A stretch of DNA of 64,000 bases from assembly GCA_951406725.2 (NCBI GenBank), contig OX597816.1, positions 93,682,001 through 93,746,000 on the forward strand. The letters are read 5' to 3'. Positions 39,283 through 53,419 of the stretch are shown here, piece by piece. The translations under genes were made by a program, and so were the position numbers. Each line of letters begins with the position of its first letter. The stretch's first letter is position 1. This DNA is from Octopus vulgaris. Its lineage: Eukaryota. The notes under the pieces are model-generated. The model was not told the origin of the DNA. It worked only from the letters and a program-made list of their open reading frames with translations, and searched no databases.

Positions 39283-39490
39283 TTTTCTACTGTAGGCACA
39301 AGGCCCGGAATATTTGAAGAGAGGCCAGTCGATTAAATCGACCCCAGTACGTAACTGGTGCTTAATTTATCGATACCCGTAGGGTGAAAAGCAAAGTCAA
39401 CCTCGGCGGAATTTGAACTCAGAATGTAAAGACAGACGAAATACCGCTAATCATTTCGCCCGGTGTGCTAACGTTTCTGCCAGCTCGCTA
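39283..39490 (-). mobile_element. SINE family A
   Basis: tcgaccccagtacgtaactgg...ctcggcggaatttgaactcagaa...gctaacgtttctgccagctcgc. Confidence 0.85.
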
Positions 39491-39999
39491 ACAGAGAACT
39501 TATGAAATATTTTGCCCGGATTGATAATCACTCACTATTTATTCAGTATCATTCAACTATGGTAATGGCTTCGTCAATCGCAGCAGCTTCCAAGCTTCAC
39601 CAGTAATTCAGTTCTCAACTAAATTGCAAACTGTTAATAGTTTTAAAGAGGACAACTCCTCAGCTATACTTTGGCATAAATAGTTTGAGATTTGGTTCAG
39701 TAGAAGAAAAGTTACATCAAAACATCTACGACCACAAGGGGGCCAGTAAGGCAGATATTCATCTTCAATTAATATAATCTTTTTTTTTTTTATTTTAGAT
39801 TAAAAGTATACTTTTCTTAGGCTTAAATGATAGAAAAATGCATGAGGAATTCAGAATCGCTAGTCGTATTGAGCAAAAATTAATAGAAAAAGAGTTATGA
39901 GGTAAAATGTTACGAAATTTCATGTCAGTAAGTAAGGGAGTAACGCTTCAGCAATAAGAATAAAGAATATATTTCTTAAATGAATGCTTACTTTCTAAG

Positions 40000-40425
40000 G
40001 AGGCGTGCTGGCAGAAACATTAGCACGCCGGCCGAAAAGCTTTCTGGTATTTCGTCTGTCTTCACGTTTTCGAGTTCGCCTAGGTTGACTTTGACCTACA
40101 TATAATCTGATTTTATTTAACTGAACACTTTCAAACTTCCGATACTGGTAGAATATGTTACATAGAACAGGGTTTATTCTTATCGTTTTTGACTAGATTT
40201 TGTATTTTAGAAGCGGTATTTCGTCTTTCCTTACGTTCTCAGTTGAAATTCCGCCGAGGTCGACTTTGCCTTTCATCCATTTCGGATCTATTCAATTCTA
40301 CGTACAGATTATTTAATTAATTATTTTTTTGACTAAACACTTTCAAAATTCCGATACTGGTAGAATGTGTTACATAGAACAGGGTTTACTCTTAACGTTT
40401 TTGACAAAATTTTGTATTTTAGAAT
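40000..40425 (+). repeat. Tandem duplication of SINE-A fragment plus 95-bp unit
   Basis: act.aacactttcaaa.ttccgatactggtagaat.tgttacatagaacagggttta...ttttgtattttagaa at about 40120-40212 and 40332-40423. Confidence 0.75.
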
Positions 40426-40550
40426 TTATTCCGTCAGAAGTTACAGAGTAACAATGGTCAAATTCGTGTTTGATAGGTGCCAATACACGAAACTCTAAGC
40501 TTTTGACTTACTCTCTAACTTCTGCTGATGATATATATACTTATTACATA

Positions 40551-41059
40551 CTAGCAGTATTGCCCGGTTTTGCAAAATGGTCACATTTAATTCAAAGCGT
40601 TAAAAATGTTATGAAAACAATTGGTATGTGTTCGCAAAGTCCAAACGATCAATACGAAAAAACCCTCCAGGCTACATCCCGAAAATTCATTTCTTTGCCG
40701 AATTTCTACAATGTTTACGGCGATTCATTTTTATATCTTGATTTTTTATTTTTCATGCAATTTACGCATGCTTGCACGCGTGGTGAACACAGTTCACGCC
40801 AAACAGCTGACTGAGTAAAGTTCACTATTCAATGCATGGGATAAGGCCTAAACAAACACATTATCGATTTTTGCACTTGCGAGATTAATTTCGGAACAGA
40901 AATAGCGCAGTTCAATTTTCATTCGCCTAAACTTTAAGTGACCCATTTTTGGTGGTTCTACGATTTGTTGGCTAGGAGGAGATGTGCCGGGAAGTTTATC
41001 ACACAGACACACACACAGATACACACACATACACTCAAGTTGAGTTATATATATATAGA
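40551..41059 (-). mobile_element. Non-autonomous Helitron
   Basis: Minus strand A|TCTATATATATATAACTC ... ccgggcaatactgCTAG|T. The 3' end is nearly identical to 3488-3504. Confidence 0.8.
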
Positions 41060-41750
41060 TGTGTAAAAAAATCTCATCACGCAATCGAACCAATGAAAGA
41101 GCCTCCACCTCACGCTAAAAATAACAACCAAAGTATCCCCCTACCTAAATTACACATCCATTGTATGTAATGTCCTAGATTATCCCTAAAAAGACGGTTT
41201 GCTGAAATCTGGAATGTTTTTGATGATACGTTTGCAGGGTTTATTTGAGGCTAAATAACAACATTATGGTCAATTTCTATATTAACACCAACTCAATTTT
41301 CACTAAGAAAACAAATTGATTTTTTGCCTGGAATCAAGTACTCTGACCTAATAAGCTGCAAATCCCTTATTTTGATTCGGAAAAATTGAGGTGGGGGGTT
41401 CCCCCCACCAATACCGGAATAAATGGAATTTTTTCCGTTGAATAAATTCCTGTGCCCTCCTAATATTGCAAAATTAGGTTACTTAAGGTGAGCCTAGTAA
41501 CTGATGGTTTTGGGGTCTTGTTGTTTGTAACTTTTGGTGAGCCATAAATTTGGTGTGGATGCGTAATATCAAATAATTCAATCACAACATATATTTAAAT
41601 TAAACACGGAAAAAATTGAAATATTATCATCACTTACATGGAAAAATTGAAATATTATCTTTCAGTATTTTATAAGGTAAAATCTTAAATTATTAATTGA
41701 CACATTATTAATTATCTTATAACATCAATGCTTGGAAAAATTATGGATTG

Positions 41751-42268
41751 CATAGAAAAATGCGAGCATGAAAAGTTATATTGTTAAGATTATAAACCCG
41801 GAAAAGTACAGGACAAATTATTTCACCTGTCAAAGTATAAGACAAGCTATTACTTCTAGTAAAGTAAAGAATAAGAAACTTCATACTTAAAATACTTGCA
41901 GCTAAAATTAAACTTTGAAAATTAAAACTTATTTTATTACAGTTTACAAACAACACTATACTTATTTAAGTAGAATTTGGTTAATTTAATACCTTAAATA
42001 CAGAAAAAATCGACTAATTAAACAAACTTACAAATTAGCTGAACCCTTTTTTTATACAATAAATTTAAAAGATGAGAACTGTAAAGAGTGATAAATTAGA
42101 AGAACTGGCATTCTTTGTTGCAATATTTTAAGTAAAAAAGTTTCTTATTCTTTACTTTACTAGAAGTAATAGCTTGTCCTATACTTTTACAGGTGTAATA
42201 ACTTGTCATGTACTTTTCCATGTTTATAATCTTAAGAATATGACTTTTCATGCTTGCATTTTTCCATG
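41751..42268. repeat. Long inverted repeat / MITE-like element (about 150-bp arms, about 220-bp spacer)
   Basis: gacaagctattacttctagtaaagtaaagaataagaaactt pairs with aagtttcttattcttttactttactagaagtaatagcttgtc; homology extends to both ends. Confidence 0.8.
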
Positions 42269-42285
42269 TTATATATATATATATT

Positions 42286-42325
<40 letters not shown>

Positions 42326-42368
42326 GTATGTGAGTGTGTGTGTGTAGATAGATAGATAGGTAATACAT

Positions 42369-42465
<97 letters not shown>

Positions 42466-43184
42466 AATATTTATATACAAACACAAAACTTACGCAACTA
42501 TAGAGGCATACGTACATACATAAATACGTATACATGCAATCACTGAGACACGCACCTCCATAGACGTAGTAAAAAAAAAAAGTATCTTTTTCAGTGAAAG
42601 GTGTCCTTGAAACTAGAGACACGTTATTTCTGTGATTTCTAACATAGATAAAATATAAAAGAAAACAACATTTACCTTTTAAAGCTAATAATCTACCTTA
42701 ATTTTTCACATGAATCAAACTATAACCCCGTTACGAGGCCTGACATAACACCGGCTAGTTGGCACCATTGACCGATAGATGGCATAGTATAACAATATGT
42801 AGATGTCTCCTGCTCCGATTGATGTATAGACTGATACCAGTTGACACAAGCATTTTGTTATCAAGATTTGACTTAACAATTGATATTATACTGGATGTAA
42901 TTACAGCAACATGAAATATATAGTTCAAACTTTCATCACCGATTCCCCACCTTTCTTATTGGGACTATTAGCGTAACAATTATTTCAGCGTTTACTGACG
43001 GTGTTGATGATGATGATGGTGATGGTGGTGGTGGCGGCGGCGGCAATAATGACAAGCGATGACGTCGATGATGATAACAAAGAACAACAAAAGCAGCAAC
43101 GACTATAGCAATAACAACAATAACAAAGCGGCGAGGACAATGATGATGACAATAACAGTAATCACAAGGAAGAATAATAATAAG

Positions 43185-43357
43185 AAGAACGAGGAGGAGG
43201 AGGAGGAGGAGGAGGAGGAGGAGGAGGAGAAGAAGAAGAAGAAGAAGAAGAAGAAGAAGAAGAAGAAGAAGAAGAAGAAGAAGAAGAAGAAGAAGAAGAA
43301 GAAGGTGATGGTGATGGTGATGTTGATGACGATGGTGATGATGATGACGATGATGAT
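43185..43357. repeat. (GAG)n(AAG)n(GAT)n compound microsatellite
   Basis: Direct reading. Confidence 0.95.
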
Positions 43358-44154
43358 GTAATTAGAGTATAAGAGAGTGATGTAGTGAGTGAAGTAGGCA
43401 TTTAACCTCCGTGTTAATAATAGACAGAATAAAAAAACCAGACTGAGAGAGAGTGAGAGCTCAGAAAGTAAAAAAAAAATAATAAAATTGAATAAATACA
43501 GGTTTATAAGTGTGACAGATTAGCCAAAAACAACACGAGCCTGTAAAATGTAAATGCTAGAATGATAAGCACAGCAGTACGTAAAAAAATACGGCTAGAT
43601 TGAAAGATAGAACAGCTTCAAGCTAGTTAAATACTTCGCCAGGCGAGCTTTAAAGATGTCTTCATTAGAGAATGTGTACGCTCTATTGTTCTATGTTATG
43701 TCTTATTCTGGCTTAATGAGATCTATTTTGAAGTTTCTAAATTTACTTACAACTGTTACTGTTTTACTATTACTGAAATGCAATATCCTATTAATTATCT
43801 TACCATACATTAAATACCATCTACGGTGGAGCATCTTAAGGATTGGGTCACGTGACTGACCTTGATATACACACGCAACCCAAGCATGTAAACCAAAGAG
43901 GGTAAAAAAAATGTAAATGCTCTTAATGATAAGTAATAATGTATGTAATATGAGCGCTTACAAATATTGATGTTTTATGCCAAATGCAAGCTGAAAGCAG
44001 AGGGGCTTCCGAATTTATGTATAAGCACAGATACACACAAACGCACACACGTTAATACACTCATAAATATTCGCACACATGTGTATGCGTATATGCATGT
44101 ATGTATATGTGTGTATACGTCACGTGTGGATGGCATGCGTGAGTGTGTATATAT

Positions 44155-45730
44155 CTTTTATCTTTTAGTTGTTTCAGTCATTGGACTGCAGCTATTCTGG
44201 GGCACCATCTTGAAAATTTTTTAGTCGAATGAATCGACCCCAGTACTTTTGTCGTTTATTTTAAACCTGGTTCTTATTCTATCGGTCTCTTAGTCAAACC
44301 GCTATGTTATGGGGACGTAAACACGCCAACACCAGTTGTTTAGCGGTGGTGGAGAACAAGCACATACACGAAGACACACACACACACACACACACATATT
44401 GGGTTGGCAAGAAAGTAATTTCGTTTTTCGCAAATAGAGAGAGTTACGATTTTTAAAATTTTTGTCAATGTAATGATTTTTTACCTTTTGATATTTGTTA
44501 GTCGTTACTTTTTGCTTTCTTTAGAAGCAAATTGCGCGTAATTTTGTTTACAACTGTTAGTTCAGTGTCAATTTTAATATGGAGTGCAAAAACGAACAAT
44601 TTTGATTTTTTACATCCGTAAAGGCAAGAAAGCTGCTAAGATCACAAAGAGATGTATGAAGTTTGTGGTGTTCTTTGCTTAACAGAACGCGCATGTCAGA
44701 AATGGTTATAAAACTTCTGTTCTGGATAAATATTATGGTCAACCTACTGAAGTTGAATATGATTATAATATAACTGTGCGAGAGATTGCAGAGCGGTCAA
44801 ACGTATCACACACAGCAATTGAAAATCACTTAAAATGTCTTGGACTCATTATCTGGGTTCTACATATCTGGGTTTTACATAAATTGAAAGAGATTCACTT
44901 AACACAACCAATCAATATTTGCGACATGCATCTCAGACACAACAAAATCGACCTTCTTTGTGAAACGAATCAACACTGGTAATAAAAAATGGACGTCTAC
45001 AATAGCATCAATTGAAAACGATCATGGTCCAAGCGTAATGACCCAGTACAATTTTGATCGAAAGCTGAATTGCATCAAAACAAAGGTCATGCTATCTATT
45101 TGGTGGAATTACAAAGGTATTGTGTATTTTGAGCTGATTCCAAGGAACCATACGAGGAAGCAATCAAAGAAAAACGACCACAATTGGCCAATTGTAATGG
45201 AATAGTGTTCCACCATGGCACACGTCTTTGCTAACTCGTGAAAAATCATTGGAGCTTCGTTGGGAAGTAATGACACCCTATAGCGCTGACCTTGCACCAT
45301 CAGATTACCATTTATTTCGAAGTTAGCAAAATTCTTTGAATGGTAAACATTTCAATAATGATGATGATCTGAAATCGCACTTGCTTCTGTATTTGGCTGA
45401 TAAGGACCAGAATTTCTATGATCCCAGGATCATGAAGCTGCCAGAAAGATGGCAAAAGAGCATCGAACAATATAAGTGATTAAGGTTCATTCTTTGTATG
45501 AATAAAAATGACTTTTATTTCACACTAAAAAACCGAAATATCATTCTTGCCAATCCAATATATATATATATATATATACACGATGGGCCTCTTTCAGTTT
45601 CCGTCTACGAAATTCATTTCAAAAGATTGTGATCGACCCGATGACATTTGCCCAAGACATTTGCCACAGTGAAACTGAACCCGGAACCATGTGGTTGAGA
45701 AGCAAGCACCTTATCACACAGCCACGCCTA
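44155..45730 (-). mobile_element. SINE family B split by a mariner insertion
   Basis: 3' half at 44155-44396 and 5' half at 45561-45730 are colinear. Confidence 0.8.
44399..45558 (+). mobile_element. Near full-length decayed mariner element
   Basis: TIRs TA|ttgggttggcaagaaagtaatttcg ... cgaaatatcattcttgccaatccaa|TA. Peptides WVLHKL (WVPHEL), KRINTGNKKW, KVMLSIWWNYKGIVYFEL and PYSADLAPSDYHLFRS. Confidence 0.92.
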
Positions 45731-45772
45731 TATATACATATATACAAACATACCTACATACATGCATACTTC

Positions 45773-45860
<88 letters not shown>

Positions 45861-48182
45861 CCTATCTACCTATCTATTTATCCGCCTGTCTGTCTGTCTA
45901 TCTATCTATCCATCTGTCTATCTATCTGTCTATCTGTCTGTTTTTCTGTCTGTATGCATGTATGTTTTATGTATGTATGTGTGTGCGTGTGTGTGTGTGT
46001 GTGTGTATGTATGTGTTGAGACATATTTTACTAGAAGCCAATACCAGCTTAGATTGTTTTTTTTTTGTGGCTGATTTGTCCAGTCACGCTTCGCTTCCTG
46101 TAAAAAATAAAGGGAGATAAAGTGTAAACATAAGAGGTGCAAGATGAGTGCACATACTAGGCTTGGTGGTTAGCTAAAAGTAAAGGAATGCTCCACACAT
46201 ATACACAGTGAAAGACAAAAACAAAATCAGAGAGAGACGAATTGGATGAAGAGGAGCATAATAACAGAGGTGTTGGCAGTAGCTGAAAAAATCTCTACAA
46301 TAGTTAATATTTATTGAAAGGAATATTCGTCGTAAATTATTTTCAATTAAGCTGTCCTTTAGCAGAGCAAGGTTCTTTTTTGTATTGCACACTAGGTTAT
46401 TTGCTAACGATCGAATTTATATCAAACAGATACAAATTAATATATCACCACAATTGCTACAATGATATTAATACACTTTATGCTACCATGGGTATTATCA
46501 GAAAATATGTCATACACATAACAATTATGACTAAACTTTTATCAAATTACTTGTGGTGACGAAAGTATACTTCCAAAGTCACCCATCATATGACGGGTAA
46601 CCCTCTTGCATGTAAAGTTGCATAGACTAATAATCAATGGCGAATAACTAGATGCAAATGCAATTGTTAAATGTCTATACGGCTGAAACATCTGTCAGAC
46701 AAATTTAAACCAAATATGTCGCATAATTGTCAGTAGAAATTTTTAAAATATATAGATGTGCTAATCCCCGTTTTCATTGTAATTACACACACACTCCTGT
46801 TCACTTAAATGCTACAACAATCGGAATACGCTCCGGCCAAGTGGGCCTGGAAGATTGAGACAGTTTGTCATTAAGCATTGTGTTTACAATTCTATCCCTT
46901 TTGCAAGATAATACGAAGTAAATTGACTGTTGTTTCTCTCATTATTGAGATTGGAAAGTTATTTCACAGTGATCCCGCAGTTTATAGCATTCATCACTTC
47001 CCTGTGTGGTAATTATTTTCATACATGTAGGCCGTCAGTTGATGAAATACTGACCCTATCAACTTTTCTAACAAAGCAATGCTCTAGTTCAAGGTTAAGA
47101 AACCATCTTCTTTTTCTTTTTGCAGCTCTAGCAAAAGTAATAATCCCCAAAAGAAAATAAGAGTGTACCTCTAAAGACTAAAATAGTAATACAATATAAC
47201 CATACTACTGAATAAGTGAAATTAAAAGTTTATTATTGTTCTCAGCACAAGTACTCTTCCACAAGTGCTAAGCGCTTGCAGTTTGCCTCTGATGCTTCCC
47301 GCCCCTGATGTAGGCCTGATGTCTCTCCTTCGTTGGTCAAATTGTTAGGGTAAGAGTGTTGTATACTGCCACCAGTACTATGGTGTGTTCATACTAAACA
47401 CTTTTAATCTTCATGTATTAAGAATAATGGGACTACCTGGAAATTAACGAATATTAGCCAGATATTAACCAGTAATACTCAGTTCAACTCCGTAGCTTGA
47501 ACAGAGATATGTCTATATGACATAAACTTTTCTTGGATAAATTTCTTGGTGGTAAAATCTGAAGTGACACACACTTGCAGAATACGGACCTTTCCTCATT
47601 ATCATCGTCGCTGTTGTCATTGCCATTATCGTCATTATCATCATTATCATCTTTGTTGCTGACGTCGTCGTCATCATCTTCATCGACATCGTTATTATCA
47701 GTATTCTTCTCCTCTCAGACCTCGTTGTCGTCGTCGTCGTCATCATAAACAGATGTAGCAACTAAATAGATTTGTTGATAATTCTTCAATTTTTCTGTCT
47801 TAAAAATTAAGGATTCTGCAGCAACCTGCTGAATTTTAGATACAGGCATGCATACATACGTACACAAACACACACGCACTCACTTATATACATTCACACA
47901 TTTATTTACGCACAGAGCGACGTCAAAAACTATGCATAGTTAAACTAACGCTTGTCGTCTGGTAAACTGAACGTTATCAACCTATAAAATAACATAAAAC
48001 ATTGCATGAACACACACAGTCACTGGTATATGTAGACATTTTGGTGTCATGAAAACTGCCTCCTTTGAAAGTTTGTTTATTTTAGACCTAAATTAATTAT
48101 ACTACTTGGTTTTCTTTACCTAGCTTTTGTCATGTTGAAGAGTCAGAGGCGGAACTATAAAAGCAGTTTTTGCTCTTTTTAC

Positions 48183-48246
48183 CCTCGCCATAGACATATC
48201 TGATCCTGTCCTCGTTCGTAATTAATAAAAAGATCCCTGCAGTCAT
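48183..48246 (-). other. Possible exon end in a unique island (short ORF MTAGIFLLITNEDRIRYVYGE plus phase-1 donor)
   Basis: Minus strand gagATGactgca...gagG|GTAAAA. The phase is compatible with the 25707-25834 candidate. I recognise no homology. Confidence 0.2.
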
Positions 48247-49023
48247 CTCCAGAAAACGGAAAGAATAAAAAGACAAGTTGCCAGCTTATCAGTGGGGTAT
48301 AATATTTTGTGTGATTAATTTTCAAAATTGAAGATGATCGACCACACAGGCTCGTCATACTTTCTCTGCTTGAAACGAGGAAAAGACACAGTTTTATGTT
48401 TTGTTTGGGTCTGTTTTGTACTAGCGTATGTTTTACTTCAGTTACACAGGCAATATCGTTGATGTTCTTTCTCTTTTTTTTTTCCTTTCGACTTCTTACT
48501 TCCTTTTTTCCGCCCTTTTCTAACTGGGCAATATCAAAGAATATTGTCAAAACCCCATTAGATTGGCGATCATTTATACATGTGTCTTGTACTTTGAATT
48601 TAGTCTCGATATGTAAATATTTATTTCTGTGACTCGTATCTTATCATTGTCAAAGTTGCATATACATTACTATGAAAGACTAATTAATGTTCCTGTGTAG
48701 TTACAAATAATAATCTAATAACTTAGATAACTGGATAGATGGATGTGAATTAAAAGCATCATTTCACTTTCAACATAAATGATAATAGCTGTAGGTATCT
48801 GAGTGCTTAGCAAGATTTTCTTTCTCTCTCTTCCTCTCTCTCTCTTCTTCTCTCTCCCCTCTCATATATGTATATGAGTGTATACATAATATAAGTATAA
48901 TGTCATATATATAATCATGTTTGTATGTATATATATATATATATAAATATATATATATATATGACATTTATATTACGTAATATATATTATATACACGCAT
49001 ACGTGCATTTATTTACTTATAAA

Positions 49024-49054
<31 letters not shown>

Positions 49055-49056
49055 CG

Positions 49057-49305
49057 TGTGGAGGCGAGTGGCTTAGTGGTTAGGGTGTTAGCATCATGAT
49101 CGTAAGATTGTGGTTTCGATTCCTGGACAAGGCGACGCGTTGTGTTCTTGAGCAAAGCACTTCATTTCACGTTGCTCCAGTCAGCTGGCAAAAATGAGTA
49201 ACGCTGAGATGGACTGGCTTCTCGTCCAGCTGAGGAACACATACGCTATAGAAACCGGGAAACCGGGCCCATGAGCCTGGTTAGGCTTTAAAAGGGCGCA
49301 TTTAT
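49057..49305 (+). mobile_element. tRNA-derived SINE family C (V-domain-like)
   Basis: A box tggcttagtgg, B box ggtttcgattcc, then gtgttcttgagcaaagcactt. Confidence 0.75.
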
Positions 49306-50464
49306 TTTTATTATATGTATATCAGGTTCGACGTGAGCACTTCTTCACTGTCTATGTGTTTCGAAAGAAAATTATAACTATATATATGTATGTGTGTATT
49401 CATCTTTATCTCCTTTTTTTATTTCATTGCCTTTTTCCAATTCTTTGTCCTTTTCCAATTTTTCTTGTATATGATTTAGATCCTAGCTTTTGAGAGTAAA
49501 AAGGCCTCAAGAATCTTAACCTAATCAAAATAAGAAACGCTTTTCCTAGAAATTAATTCAATTACAAAAGATAAAAGAAAAAAGCAAAAGCATTATCGAC
49601 ATCATCATCCACAGCTATAAGATGGAGATCATCAATGGTTTGTGCACCCAGCATCTACTATTAGTCACAAACGTATTTAGGTGCTGAACTGGCAAGTGTA
49701 TAGAAACAGCTGCCTCTGTCTTGAAAAGAGCCATGAAGTGGCTGAAGAAAGTCAAAGGAGTCATAGGACGACCTAACTTCTCAGAACGTCTGTTATCAGC
49801 GCAATATGAGAGTTTCACATTAAAGCAAAGCAAATTAAGAATATTTTTCACTTTTGCCAGGCACAGCATATTTCCGATATAATGATTTCCCGATCAAAAT
49901 TTCCCGTTTTCAGAGTTTGACGATCTGAAAACGTAAATCTTTCCCAAACAACACAGGTTTTACTAACTTGAATAAGAACTCTGAAGATCACATCTCGTAT
50001 ATGGGGAAATCAAAATCTATTTGAGAACGCTTGGTCGTATGTAATTGTAGACGGAGACATGAAAGCACACGGGTTGGATAGAAGGTGTTGGGGTTAAAAT
50101 ACACTTTGTCAATTCAAACTTTGAAAATAGAAATATTGCATTAACAGAAACTCTGGATAAAAAAAATACGATGTACGGATATTTAAAAGAATTGTTTTCG
50201 TCAACCAATCTGTAAATAGATAATACTCAATCGTAGCAAACTCGGTGCAATGGGATCACAGTGGAGTAAACTAGTTGACAAATATGTTGTTATTTTGTAT
50301 ATCTGAATTTACAATCCTTCTTTGTGTGTATTGCAAAGGTTTCGGTTCCATCTGGCTAGTGAGTCCCAGGCAAACTGCACGCAAATCTAATGAATGCAAA
50401 CTAAACGGTAGAAGATTCCCATGCGACCCCTGACACGTATCACTACCGGGTGGACGAACATATT

Positions 50465-50558
50465 TATATATTATAATGGTCTGCATTTATTATAACTTAT
50501 TATATATTATAATGGTCGGCATTTATTATAACTTATTATATATTATAATGTCTGCATT
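50465..50558. repeat. Minisatellite, about 34-bp unit x 2.7
   Basis: tatatattataatggtc.gcatttattataact is repeated. Confidence 0.85.
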
Positions 50559-53419
50559 TCTAGAGAGAATTAAAGAGAATAATCCGTGAGCTTCCTTCAC
50601 AATTTGGCTGGGTACGGAAAAAGTGTGTGCAAAGTAGGTACCTCAGTAGTTAACATCTGATAAGTTATACTTACTTTTGCATTAACTGGCGCTCCGTTGG
50701 TTACGACGATGAGCGTTCCAGTTGATCCGATTAATGGAACAGCCTGCTCGTGAAAACAACGTGCAAGCGACTGAGTACTCCATAGACACGTGTACCCTTA
50801 AAGTAGTTCTCAGGGAGATTCAGCGTGACACAAGGGTGTGACAAGGCTGGCTCTTTTACATTACTTAAGGGAAAAAACCTCGTGAATGTGTTTGTATGTG
50901 TGTATGTGTGCTTGTGTGTGACACATATACACGCACGCACACACATATGATAATATTAGTAAGCACTCTATTCTTTTAATACAGTATTTAATTGAGTATT
51001 CAATTGGGAGGGATACGAGTCGGCTTGGAAGCTTAAATATGGTCGTCTGACATGCGAGAATTAGGAGCCAAATATCCCATAAAATAGAGTCAACCATATA
51101 GAAATGACGCAGATATTGTATAATATTGCTCAAGATGGTTCCATTGTACCTAAAGATAAGATAGGATGGCTATGACTGGAAAGCCTTCGACCATAGATCT
51201 TCTTAATCAGGCCAAACCTGAACTTAAACAACAACAACGCAGGAGATATTTTGACAGAAAGATTTTATTCCAGATGGTTGAAATCTACTGTACAATGAAC
51301 CGGCGATCTGGCAGAGACGTTAGAGGTCAGGACAGAAGGTTATGTAGTATCGGTTCTGACTGTCTGCACCCTGATTTCAAATCTCACAGAGTTCAATTTT
51401 TACATTTCACCTTCTCGGGGTCGACGAAAATGTACCGATATAGGGTGATGGATTAGCGGAACAGTTAGAGGATAGGATGACACGTCTTATAGTACTTGTT
51501 CCGACTCTTTGCGTTCTGACAACAACACCACCAGTGACACCAGTGCTTCGCTCTATTGGCCTAAGTCGGCAGCGTTTCCATTACATTAACATCGGCGGAA
51601 TGGGGAAGGGAGACTTTCATACGAGAGCAGTTGCTAGTCGTCCTCAGAACCTCTTGCCTAGGTCTTCACATACATGTATAGATGTATAGTCAATATTGAA
51701 CGATATAGGCTCTACAACACGATTTGAGAATATGGGTTTAGACATAAGAGGAGAAAACCAGTCCGGATCTTATTCTGTGTATTCGTTAGATGTTAACAAA
51801 ATTTTTAAAATTGGCACAATGAATTTGACTTATTCATTTACTCGGAAAACTAATGACATGGAATTTAGAGATAAAAGGCTGTCACTTGAACGTCAGTGTT
51901 ATGTATATGGAAAGACAGGTCGTTAGAAGTACTTAGAGAACGTTTTGTATTAGAAAAATTTTAAATGAATGAAATTTGAAAACTGATCAACCATGTTTCC
52001 GTAGGAGATAAATTATGGAAATGGGGAGACTTTGTTTATTTTAATGAATGAGGAACTACAGAAAGGATTTCCTTCAAAGAACTATATCAAAGCTGTTATT
52101 TTAAGGTAAAAGGAGTGGTACATGCGGTGTATGCCCTTTTCCTTTTTAAGTGAGGAGGGAATCTCTCATTTAGACCACCTTGTAGAAAATATGAGAATGA
52201 TGGGATCAGTCAGTGCAGTTAATACCGTAATACTGAGGGAGGTTCTGTAGAAGAGGTAAATTTCCAGCAAGTTCGTTCTAGAATTCGGTTTCGATACCAT
52301 CTACTATATATTTCATTTCCATTACTAATACTTTGTTGAGAATTCCGATTTTCGCCTAAGTTTCTTTGCTATCCGTATATATATAAGGGTTTGTGTGTAT
52401 GTGAGAATTATGTTAGAATAACTAGATTCAATTTTTTAGTTAACCATTTTAAGAACATTCAAACTAATACATGCGAATTTCTGTACGTGTGTCCTCGTGG
52501 CTTCTTTGTTTACAGTCACAACCTCTCAGGGGGTTTACATCAAGACATAACACATATTTAGAAACAGAATAACTCCAAGAGTGTTTCTATGTTACTTTGG
52601 CCTTCAGGTCTGCGACGCAAATACGAACCGCCACGCAATACCTTCAGTTCTCATGATCAGCAATATGCGAACAAAGAATTATAAGAATGGAAGTAGACGT
52701 AGTGGAAACAAACAAATTGGATGTGAAACAGTGAGAATGATTATATTTTTTTTAACTCCTTTGCCTTTCAAAACTGCGACGGCAGTAAAACACATTTTGT
52801 GTTGGTTTGATAAGATGCCTCTGAAGTGTAATTTTGTTATTCATAAAATCTTTTCTCTCCAGACGAAATCTATGGAATATGAAGTGAAACTCAGTTTCCT
52901 CATATAGATTTTATTCTTCAAAGAGAAAAAGTTCTCTATCATGAACGAAGTTTTTCTTTCAAGCGGTTTTTAAAAGTCAAATTAGAATTCACGAACGGTA
53001 ATAAATAAATTTATTTTCATTAAAACAATGTTAAAAGAGTTGTACATATCGATATCAAGAAAGAAGGGTGGCAAAACAAAATATGGTGGGAGGAGAAATT
53101 AAATATAAAACCAGAATAACCAAAGATTGTGAATTGCAGCAAAAATTTATAGAAAAGATCTGGAAAAGTTTTGACTCGACATAATCGGAAAAAGCTTTGG
53201 ACTGGACAAATCTTACAAAACCAGCAATACTAAGGCTCCAGAAGATCGGGTGAAATTTTGATTTGCAAATATTCGCATGATAAATTATATTTATGCAAAT
53301 AAAGATTTATTGATGATATCTCATGGCTTTTATTTTTAAGTGCTTTAATTTTTATGATCTTACTTCAGGTCGAAGGTCAAACAGCCCTACATACGAGCTA
53401 AAGTGAAATTCCGTCCAGC

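Noticed and set aside
49057-49135. tRNA gene (also the SINE-A and SINE-B heads)
   Set aside because: A/B boxes are present but there is no full cloverleaf, and the sequence continues into SINE bodies.
49600-50450. Possible old transposase remnant
   Set aside because: Too degenerate to assign by eye.
51166-51926. Run of three short plus-strand ORFs as an operon-like cluster
   Set aside because: No recognisable domains; they overlap decayed SINE-like sequence and their lengths are within chance expectation.
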